In this document: one piece after another, positions 27,064-39,000 of the stretch
How positions within the stretch are numbered: the stretch's first letter is position 1
Layout of the letters: each line of letters starts with the position of its first letter
Source: Octopus vulgaris
Lineage: Eukaryota
NCBI GenBank assembly: GCA_951406725.2
Contig: OX597838.1
Location: 8,742,001 to 8,806,000, forward strand
DNA: 64,000 bases
Direction: 5' to 3'
Position numbers and translations under genes: made by a program
The notes under the pieces: model-generated
Databases searched by the model: none
Seen by the model: the letters and a program-made list of their open reading frames with translations, nothing else
What the model was told of the DNA's origin: nothing

Positions 27064-30000
27064 GTGGAGGCGCAATGGCTCAGTGGTTAGGGCAGCAAAC
27101 TTGCGGTCGCAGGATCGCGGTTTCGACTCCCAGACCGGGCGTTGTGAGTGTTTATTGAGTGAAAACACCTAAAGCTCTACGAGGCTCTGGCAGGGGATGG
27201 CAATCCCTGCTGTACTCTTTCGCCACAACTTTCTCTCACTCTTTCTTCTGTTGGCCTGCTCGCTTAGCCAGCGGGGTGGCGTCATTTGAAGGCTAAAACA
27301 ATGTGAAGCGCATTGTGACCAGCGATATGTAGCACATGATAGCCTGGTCAGTCATGGTGATCACGGTAATATATATACATACATACATACACACACAAAT
27401 GCCTTTCCGAGTCACAGGCTCATAAGGTTAATTTCCTGGGTTCTGTGGAATGTATGCTCCCCAAATAGACAAGATGCTGCTCTATCGCAGGATTACTCAT
27501 TTTTGCTAGCCGAGTGAACTGCAGTGAAGTATCTTGCTCAAGAATACAACAGATTACCCTAACCAGGAATTGAACCACAACCATACGACCATGAGTTCAA
27601 CACCCTGTCAGGCTTCTTTCAGTTTCCTCCAACATAATCCATTCAGAAAGCTTTGGTTAGCTCGAGGGTATAGTAGAAGACCCTTGCCCAAAGTGCCACG
27701 CAGTGGGACTGAACCCGGAACCATGTGGTTGGGAATCAAGGTTCTTACCACACAGCCATTCTAACCAACTAACACATCACCTCCACCCAACATGGACTAA
27801 CGTACCTGTGGGGCTCCATCTATTTCATCAATGATGAGACAATTGGGGCGCGGGTCACTTTCAACCACTGATTTCATCAAAATTGCAGATTCTATCTTTG
27901 TCTTCACCACTTCTTCACTGCGGTCATCACTACAAGAGACAAAAGAAGGGTTCCTTTAGAAATTTCCAGAAGCAATCAAAGAATAAAGGCAACAGGAGAA
28001 ATGTAAGTGGATATTTAATTATTTCCGGAGATGCCCACCATTACTCGCTCGTATTTGCTCCCTTCTTGCAGCTCTCTACCCATCCACCCACAATTCAGGT
28101 ACCATTTGTAATCCTCACTCCTGCATTAATCCTTCATAATCTTTAGATAACACTACATAATCTTTACAGATGATGCTTACTTCTCCTCCCCTACAAACTC
28201 CACACACTCACACTACTATTGTAGAAAAGATATTATTATTATTATTGAGTGAGAGAGCAGTGCATGCCATCAATGTGATACTGGGGTAAAATATATGAAA
28301 CCATCATATAACCAAAATATATAACCATCATGACTACCCAGCTGATAAGGGTACACCAGGCACATGCATCACAACCATATGTGCGCGACATGGTGATCTC
28401 ATATCAAGATAAACAGCACATGACCTTGCAGGTGGGGCCCAGTTAGAATTTTCTTCTGGTCGAGTAGCCCATCCCGCTCAAAAGGTCCCTGAATAAGGGT
28501 TGTTTAAGGATGTTGAACGAAACACCCATGTTTCCAAAAGTGATTTATCCAAACCTCTAAGAATTCCTCTCAACACATGGCTATGATGCTCCCCCACTAC
28601 TTCTGCTTGTGATCAGAGATGCTCAACTGCTTAAGGTCAAACAACTGACAAGCAAATCTGTGGTATTGAGCAGAATATTTGCTGTAGCCCATCTTTTATA
28701 CCAAGACAAAACAATGTACATGATAACACTTCCAATCAGTTAAGATCAGAAGCCATGAGAGCCACTGCTTACTGTTGTTTGTCAGAATCCAGAACATGCT
28801 AGACAAAACGCTCTGTGCCGTTTCTTCCAGTTCCACATGTTCTGTGCTTAAATCCTGTTGAGGCTGACTTTGCTCCTCATTATTTTAGGATTGGTAAAAA
28901 ATAAGAACCCCCAGTTCAGCACTGGGGATGATGGAATCAACCAGTACCCTCTACCCACCCACTAAAATTGCTAGCATTGTGCCAAAAATTTGAAATCATC
29001 ATCATTGTTTAGCATCCGCTTTCCATGCTAGCATGGGTTGGACGGTTCGACCGGGGATCTGGGAAGCCAGAAGGCTGCACCAGGCCCAGTCTGATGTAGC
29101 AATGTTTCTACGGCTGGATGCCCTTCCTAATGCCAACCACTCCGTGAGTGTAGTGGGTGCTTTTTACGTGCCACCCGCACAGGTTATTATTATTATTATT
29201 ATTGGTGCTGTTGTTATTATTGTTGTCCCCAAGGCGGCGAGATGGCAGAATCATTAGCACACTGGACGAAATGTTTAGCGGTATTTCGCCTGTCGCTATG
29301 TTCTGAGTTCAAATTCTGCCGATGTCAACTCCACCTTTCATCCTTTCAGGGTCAATAAATTAAGTACCAGGTGCATACTGGGGTCGATGTAATCAACTAT
29401 CCCCCTCCCCCAAATTTCAGGCCTTGTGCCTATAATAGAAAGGATTATTACTACTACTACTACTACTACTACTACGACTAATGCTTAGTGGTATTTCATC
29501 TGTCTTTAAGATCTGAGTTCAAATTCCACCGAGGTCGACTTTGCCTTTCATCCTTTCGGGGTCAATAAATTAAGTACCAGTTATGCACTGGAGTTGATGT
29601 AATCAACTTAATCCCTTTATCTGTCCTTGTTTGTCCCCTCTGTGTTTAGCCCCTTGTGGGCAGTAAAGAAATAAAACTCATTAGCCTGCCAGGTGAAAAT
29701 GCGTAGCTGTATTTCATCTACCACTACGTACTAAGTTCAAATTCCATCAAGGTCGACTTTGCCTTTCATCCTTTCGGGGTTGATAAATTAAGTACCAGTG
29801 GAGTACAGGGGTCAGTGTAATTGACTAGTCCCTTCCCCCCAGATTTCAGGCCTTGTACCTATAAAAGAAAGGGTTATTACTGTTGCCCTTACCTGGCATT
29901 CATCTCCACTACATTGTAGCCTGCATGTTTAGCAATCACGTGGGCCAATGTTGTCTTGCCCAGACCAGGGGCACCATTCAACAAAACAATCTAAAAAAAT

Positions 30001-33000
30001 AAGAAGTGAAAAAGAAAAGGTAAAAAAGAACCATCTTGCAGTGTGCTTAGGGTGAGATGAATGTCAAGATGATGATGATGATGATGATGATAATGATGAT
30101 TATCATCATAATGATGACGGTGATCATAACGATGATGATGATTTTCATCATCATCATCATCATCATTATCATGAGGATGGTGTCAATGATGATAGAGAAG
30201 CAGGGTCAAAGTTGTAAACTTTACGAAACAATGACAAACATTAAAAAAAAAATATTTGATTTTAAAAAAAACGAAAAAAAAAATCAAATCAAATTAAATG
30301 TGAGGTTGTTTACCTTCTGAAGTGGACGATTCTGTTTGTCCAATTCTTCGCTGACCATTTGCTGTTGCTTCTTCTTGCTAAACTGGACATTTGTCTTAAC
30401 ATCAGCCTTCTTTCGGTTCATTTTGATCGGTTTGTTAAACACAACGTGGTCCCATAATTTCAACCAATGCAGCAAGGAACGGTTGATATTCTGTAAGAAG
30501 AGGAATCGAGAAAGTCACCCTCCTGGACTCATAAACAACAATGGAAACCCTTGTCATAAATTTGCAAACCCTTGTCATAACTTTGCAAGCCCTTGTTGTA
30601 ACTTTGCAAACCCTTGTCATAACTTTGCAAGTCCTTGTCATAACTTGCAAACCCTTGTCGTAACTTTGCAAGCCCTTGTCATAACTTTGCAAGCCCTTGT
30701 CATAACTTGCAAACCCTTGTCATAACTTGCAAACCCTTGTCATAACTTTGCAAGCCCTTGTCATAACTTTGCAAGCCCTTGTCATAACTTTGCAAGCCCT
30801 TGTCGTAACTTTGCAAGCCCTTGTCATAACTTTGCAAACCCTTGTCATAACTTGCAAACCCTTGTCATAACTTTGCAAGCCCTTGTCATAACTTGCAAAC
30901 CCTTGTCGTAACTTTGCAAGTCCTTGTCGTAACTTTGCAAGTCCTTGTCATAACTTTGCAAGCCCTTGTCATAACTTTGCAAGCCCTTGTCATAACTTTG
31001 CAAGCCCTTGTCATAACTTTGCAAGCCCTTGTCATAACTTTGCAAGCCCTTGTCATAACTTTGCAAACCCTTGTCATAACTTTGCAAGCCCTTGTCGTAA
31101 CTTTGCAAGCCCTTGTCATAACTTGCAAACCCTTGTCATAACTTTGCAAGCCCTTGTCATAACTTTGCAAGCCCTCGACATAACTTTGCAAGCCCTTGTC
31201 ATAACTTTGCAAGCCCTTGTCGTATCTTTGCAAACCCTTGTCACAACTTTGCAAACCCTTGTCATAACTTTGTAAACCCTTGTCATAATTTTGCAAGCCC
31301 TTGTCATAACTTGCAAACCTTTGTCATAACTTTGCAAGCCCTTGTCATAACTTTGCAAACCATTGTCATAACTTTGCAAGCCCTTGTCATAACTTTGCAA
31401 ACCCTTGTCATAACTTTGCAAGCCCTTGTCATAACTTGCAAACCCTTGTCATAACTTTGCAAGCCCTTGTCATAACTTTGCAAACCATTGTCATAACTTG
31501 CAAACCCTTATCATACTTCGTCCCATACAACAATGCTGCACTCTGCCAGCCGGGTTACCCACTAATACTAAAAAAAAAAAAAACTAGATAGAAGCCAGGA
31601 CTGAACCCGAGAGCTTACCTCTTCACTGAGCAACTCTGCGTAAGACCTTGGGGCATATTTGTCCACCCACAAATTGTCTTCATTCCCTGCTGTTGCTGGC
31701 CGCTCTTCATTGTAGATGTCATCCATACGTACTGACTGTGCATCCATTTCTTCTCCAGGGACACCCTCTGCATCTGGATGCGTCCGTCCACTGCCGACTG
31801 AACCACCTTCCCTACAACACAACAACAAACATAAGAGACATCTGAATTCCCCAGGTGTCACTGACCCCTTAGCATTTAAACTGGCCATATCCAGCCAAAA
31901 TATTCTACCTGTTTTATCTTCAAACCAGCCACATTCAGCCTCTCCTACCTCCTGGCTATGGCACAGTTAGTGCACAATTAAGGATGAGGTTAGGGTAATG
32001 CAATTAGAGAAGTGATTAAGATGAACTTAACCCTTTAGAATGCAAAAAGCACCATCCAATCGTGGCCGTTTGCCAGCCTCGTCTGGCACCTGTGCTGATG
32101 GCACGTAAAAAGCACCATCTACACTCACAGAGTGGTTGGCGTTAGGAAGGGCATCCAGCCGTAGAAACACTGCCAGATCAGACTGGGCCTGGTGCAGCCT
32201 TCTGGCTTCCCAGACCCCAGTTGAACTGTCCAACCCATGCCAGCATGGAAAGCAGATGCTAAACGACGATGATGATGATGAATTCTGAGTTAAATGTAAT
32301 GCTTTTTTATTCACCTTGTTTTGAATTAATCCTGCATTATCTTGTAGCTTTGAGATTTTCATGAGGTGACTGTTAATTTGTAGGGTTAGCATGAGAGGCC
32401 AGATGTGGCTACATTGTACATAAAAATGGTTCGATATTTTGGCTGGATACGGCTGGTATAAATAAAGGTGAGGGTAAAAATTAGGCTCAGAAGTGTATTT
32501 AGTTTTTTAGGGGTGTGGTTAAAATTATACTTAGGGGTCTGATTGAATGTGCACTGAAGGGTGTAGTTAAAAGACAATTGTCTGGAAGGAAATGGTAAAA
32601 CTTACGTAGCTGAGTCTAAATTATTGATTTCTTCTGAAATTTTGATGGCTTTCTGGAAAGAGAAGGGAAAAAAATGAAATCAGGTTCAAGAATTAGGAAT
32701 GGTCTCAAATACACACAGGTGGAATAGATAGATAGACAGGTAAAGAAATACCTATTTCTTTACTACCCACTAGGGGCTAAACACAGAGGGGACAAACAAG
32801 GACAGACAAACGGATTAAGTCGATTATGTCGATCTCAGTGCGTAACTGGTACTTAATTTATCGCCCCCGAAAGGATGAAAGGCAAAGTCGACCTCGGCAG
32901 AATTTGAACTCAGAACGTAACGGCAGACGAAATACAGCTACGTATTTCGCTCGGCGTGCTAACGTTTCTGCCAGCTCGCCGCCTTTTTAGGTAAAGAGAT

Positions 33001-36000
33001 ATAGGCAGGTAGATATGTAGATGGATGGATTGGCAGACAGATAAATAAGTACACAGGTAGGTAGGTACTGTATATAGACAGACAGGTATTGAGATGGCTG
33101 GATAGATGGATAGGTAGAAAGGTGTAAATAGGTATATATGTAAATGGCCGGATGGGTAGACAGACAGCTAGGTAGATAGGTAGGTAAGTATATAAACCGA
33201 CAGGTAGAGAGATATAAGCAGGCAGGTATGCTGATGGACAGATGACCAGACAGACAGAGATATGTAGACAGGTAGATAGATGCAAGGCGGTGAGCTGGCA
33301 GAAATGTTAGCACGCCGGGCGAAATGCTTAGCGGTATTTCGGCTGCTGTTACATTGTGAGTTCAAATTCCGCCGAGGTCGACTTTGCCTTTCATCCTTTC
33401 GGGGTCGATAAATTAAGTACCAGTTACACACTGGGGTCGATGTAATCGACTTAATCCATTTGTCTGTTCTTGTTTGTCCTCTCTGTGTTTAGCCCCTTGT
33501 GGGTAATAAAGAAATAGGTAGATAGATGCAATGTCCCACCCCACATTAGCCTCATGAGACCCCAATATTCCCCACTTGGCAGATGTCCTAATTCTGCTAT
33601 GACAGCACCGAACTATTCTCCGAGCCATCGGTGGCCACATAAATTAGACAGGACTTACCTCCAGAGCAATTTTCTCCATCAGTAACGAGAATGGTTCATC
33701 AAGGAGTTGCAGAGAATTCTTGGTGTTGATAACTCTTGCAGCCTGTCAAAGAAGAAGAATAAAAACAAATTAGAAGTTACCTGAAGACCACAGTTTGCCC
33801 ATGGCCTTTAAAACAATAAAGTGCAAAACAAAGTAGATTTGGTTGCTATTTCTAGCATACCAAGCAACCTAGTTAACTCATTGTATGAAACTGTACATAA
33901 GCAGTTATATACGATATTAGCCACTGCAATAATGGATGTGCACATCTGTTGCAGCAAATGCAATTTGGTTTTTTTCAGTTGATTTATTGCTGCAATTCTG
34001 TAAATTTGTGCTGCAAGGTGTAGAAACTGAAATATGGGAACTGAGGTGTGGAAACCAAAATGCGGAAACGGAGGTGTGGAAACTGAGATGTGGAAATTGA
34101 GATGTGAAAACTGAGGTGTGGAAATCGAGATGTGAAAACTGAGATGTGGAAACTGAGGTGTGGAAACCAAGATGTGGAAACTGAGGTGTGTAAACCAAGA
34201 TGTGGAAACTGAGGTATGGAAACCAAGATATGGAAACAGATGTGGAAATCGAGATGTGGAAACTGAGATGTGAAAACTGAGGTGTGGAAACTGAGGTGCA
34301 GAAACCAAGATATGGAAACTGAGATGTGAAAACTGAGGTGTGGAAACTGAGGTGTGGAAACTGAGATGTGGAAACTGAGGTGTGAAAACCAAGATGTGGA
34401 AATCAAGATGTGGAAACTGAGATGTGGAAACTGAGGCATGGAAATTGAGGTGTGGAAACCAAGCCAAAATGAAACATGAATGAGATGAGGATTCCTCTCA
34501 TTCCACACCTGTGTCTTACCTCTTTTTCAAGAGTTTCACAGCTCCTCATCTTCATGTAAGCTCGAGTGCCATCAGAAGATGTGACACTGAAGAAATTAGT
34601 CTTTGGAATGGAGAAACTGACGCGCTGCCTCTGTTTCTTGGCATCTGTAAAAACAAAAGAACTGACTCAAAGATTTTTGAATTTATTTGAAAAGAATTTC
34701 GATCAGAAACTGAGTATTCAAAACCAATCTTATTAAGATTTCAAAAAATTCAGAACAATTGAAGCCCACAAACGCATTCACCGGTTGTTGCTTGTTTATA
34801 TTTCTCTTCATTTTCCTAAATAGTTGTCTTTCTAGTCAAACGCCACACAGACAAACACTGCATGGCACCTTGAGCAAGTATCTTCTACTATAGCCCCTGG
34901 ATTGACCAAAGATTTGTGAGTAGATTCAGTAGATGAAAACCTAACCATGTATGTATGTGTGTATGAATGAGTGGAATGTGTGTAAGTGTATATGAGTGTA
35001 TTATATATATGTATGTGTGTGTGTCCATGTCTTGGCATTGCATAATAGCCATAAGCAAGCATCCATATACAAACACCAACCACAGAAAATCTGCTTCAAT
35101 ACATTCCATCTAACCCATGCAGATGTGGTGTTAGGGTGTTGCACTCACAACGGCCAGATTGTGGGTTCGATTCCTGGACTGGGTAGCCTGTTGTGTTCTT
35201 GAGCAAAACACTTCTTGATTTCACGTTGCTCTAGTGCTGTGTGGGGACAAGCACGTCAAAGAATAGACCCAATGTTTTCCTCTGTGTGCCATCATAAAAG
35301 ATGACTAAGAGAGGTTGAGGTAGGATTTGCACTCAGACCTCATTTAAAACCCTCACCAGCAAATACTACCACAAAAAAACAGACCCATTGGTTGGAGGAT
35401 TGTCACCTGAGCAGTGCAAAGGTGTTGTCCATCAGGAGTAGATGAGAACCACCAACAAGCAGTGGACGCAGTGACACATCACCATCATCATCGTTCGACC
35501 GTGGTCGAGACAATGGAATTTACCATGCTACGCCAGACTTCACGGTCCATCATGGCATTACGGAGGTCCTGTTGCTGGATGCCTGTATCCCTGGAGATTA
35601 CATCAGGGTAGGAGAGTGTGCGCCCTCTGGTATTGCGAGCAGATGGCTTCCAGAGGAGAAGAGTAGAAATTACTTCTTTTTCAGCTCTACAACAATGTCC
35701 AGCAAACTGGACTCTCCTACCTTTCACAAGAGATGACACAGGTGGTAGTTATAAGGCAGCCACCCCACCCCCTACCCGACCCATAATACATCGAGTAAGC
35801 ATGGAAAAATGAATGTTAAAACAGCAGAGATGACGATGATGATGATGTTATTGTTTATATTGCAAGCAGATAAAGCAGTTTACCTTGACTTTGTGTTTGT
35901 TGATATTCCTGAGAACTCCTTGCCATTCGTCGTAAAGTTTCTATTTCTGTGCAAAGGTTGTCATCAAGAACATCGTGCCGGATCGTTGGTTCCACATCAA

Positions 36001-39000
36001 AGTTTCCAGACGTTGTGTCTGGCATTCGTTTCTGTCTTTTAGCAGAAGGAACAGCTACAAATAAGGAGAAAGATAAAATATTTCTTTTTAAAAAAATGTA
36101 AAAGCAAAACTGAGGGAGCAGATCAATGATCAAAGACGTTCTATCCATGGCCATCCCAGTTGTTAACGGATATACAGGAACATATTACATTGGTCTGAGA
36201 CAACTATGCTTCTGGAAGATCTTTTAGTTTATCTTTTATTTGTTTGTCAGTAGACTGAGGCCATGCTGGAGCACTTGAAGAATTTTTGTTAATCAAATGT
36301 ATTGACCCCAGCACTTTTCCTCTAAGCCTGCTACTTATTCTATTGGTCTCTTTTGCTGAACTGCTAAGTTACAGAGGCGTATATACACGGTCATACCTTG
36401 AAGAGAAGCAAGGTGTGATTTTAAAGAATTCGGTCCGTATTCCATTAGCTCAGCAGGACGGTGGTGTATAGTCGATGTTTATAACAGAAGACAGGACGAC
36501 ACCCAGCAGCGAGATCCAAGAATTAGCCAATACCGAGACGAGGAACGATGCCTTTTTGAATAAAACCCTAAAATTCGATAATAATTCAAGCAAACACAAC
36601 TATAAAGGGAAATAACTCTTTGATCTGCGAAGTCATCTCCCTTGACATATGTACTATTCTGCACCCCAGGGGTGAATAGAAACGGACATATTCTTTTATT
36701 TCCAGGTCCCTGTACTACGGTCATGCTGGGATAAAGGGTAAAGACACCCTTCAGTCATAAATGACCATGGGATTGCACCCAGAAAGTTCCCCTCCAAGTC
36801 CTAGCATGGTTGTTTATAGAAGACCTTCAGTCGCCCATGCATACCGGCCTCCCCTCTCCGCGCCACCGATGTTATCCAAGGGAAAGGTAAAGGGGCCAAT
36901 ACAGCTTGGCACCTGTGACATCGCAACCCATTTCTACAGCTGAGTAGAACTGGAGCAACGTGAAAATAAAGTGTCTTGCTCAAGAACACAACACAGCCTG
37001 GTCTGGGAATCGAACTCACTACCTCATGATTGCAAGCCTGATGCTCTAACCACTGAGCCATGTGCCTTCACTGCTGCCCGAGTGACACCTTAATAAGATC
37101 AAATCAACCGCTCTACCTATTTATTTTGTCTCCATGGAACTTCTGATATTTCTTTGCACATCAGTGTCATTACGTCACACGACCAGAACACGTCACATGA
37201 CCACACACGTCACATGACCATACACGTCACATGACCATACATGTCACATGACCAGAACAACGCCCCCCCCCTCCAATTCCTTTTACATCCAGCTTTACTC
37301 TTTGCCTCATTGCTCCTGCACACTGATATTAAATGAAATTTAAATTAAAAACTTACCATTATTTGGTGAAGTTGCTTTACCGTTTTCAGACTGCTCAGCG
37401 CCAGCAGCCAAAATCTCTTCCATCTCACCCTCTGATGGAAATTCCAGCAGACGCTTCGATTGCCCATTCCTTAGCTGCTCGTTAATTATCTTATCAGGAG
37501 AGAAAGGATCGATTTCGGTAAACTCAGAACTCAAATTCAAAGCTTTGTCTGGGCGAATTTCTTTATTCTTCTGTGAACCACCAGAATTGAAGTTTAAGGA
37601 ACGCCTGGAAGCAGGAGCTGTTATTTCTGGAACTGAAAGATATAACAAAACATGAGGAACCAAAGACTGATTCTGTGCACAATTTCAACAATCAGATAAA
37701 ATCATTCTTCCATGTTTCAACAATCAGACAAGGTTTCCTTCATGCAGGAACAAAGCTAAATTTTGTAGAAGAGGCTTGCGGTGAATGGAATCATAGGAAA
37801 TTTGGTAAGGATTGGTCCTTACATTGCTATATTTCTGCTGATATAGACTACTTTGCCTTTCATCCTTTCGGGGTCGATAAATAAAGTACCAGTTTCGCAC
37901 TGGGGGCGATATAATCGACTCAATCCCTTCGTCTGTCCTTGTTTGTCCCCTCTGTGTTTAGCCCCTTCTGGGCAGTAAAGAAATATAGATATAGACTACT
38001 TTTATTTCAATTAATTTACAAAATAATTTTCTTTTTTTTTTTTTTTACTTGTATCAGTCATTTGACTGTGGCCATGCTGGAGCACCGCCTTTAGTCGAGC
38101 AAATCAACCCCGAGACTTATTCTTTGTAAGCCCAGTACTTATTCTATCGGTCTCTTTTGCCGAACTGCTAAGTGACGGGGGACGTAAACACACCAGCATC
38201 GGTTGTCAAGCGATTTTGGGAGGACAAACACAGATACACAAACACACACACACATACATATACACATACATATATATATATATATACATATATACGACAG
38301 GCTTCTTTCAGTTTTCGGCCCGAGGCTATAGCAGAAGACACTTGCCCAAGGTGTCACGCAGTGGGACTGAACCCGGAACCATGTGGTTGGTTAGCAAGCT
38401 ACTTACCACACAGCCACTCCTGCGCCTCTGAAGAATTTATTAAAACAACTTTGTTGTTATTATTAAGCTGGCATTTGGAACACAACACAAAATCTTTGTT
38501 GGAAGATTTGTATTTAGATCACTTTAACCATTTTGTTACCATGCTTGGCAAGTTACCTGCAGTGCTTGAGGAGACCTATTGAGTCAAGTACATCAACATC
38601 AAAATAAATATCAAATGGAAATTGTAGTTGTGATACCTGTGCCGGTGGCACGTAAAAGAACCATCCGAACGAGGCCGTTGCCAGCGCCGCCTTGACTTGC
38701 CTCCGTGCCAGTGGTACATAAAAAGCACCCACTACACTCACGGAGTGGTTGGCATTAGGAAGGGCATCCAGCTGTAGAAACACTGTTTAGGTTTAGGGTT
38801 TTTGTAACAGCGAAAACGGGTGGTGTACGTATTCGTTACCTCCGTAGATGTTTTATTTCCCAACAGGGAAGAAAAGGATTATAATTAATAATATTAATGT
38901 TTCGGATATGTGTGTACATGTTCAGCAATTTTGAGGAGAGAATTAATCGATTATAACGATCCCAGTATTTGAGTAATGCTTTAATCGACTCCGGAGGAAT

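Noticed and set aside
30435-31421. ORFs encoding (LQSYDKG)n or (VITLQAL)n repeat proteins
   Set aside because: Translations of a minisatellite; mixed 20 and 21 bp units shift frame, and CHTF18 exons 7 and 8 join in phase without it.
16498-34465. Regular arrays as CRISPR-like loci
   Set aside because: Units are contiguous with no unique spacers, there are no cas genes, and the context is eukaryotic introns.
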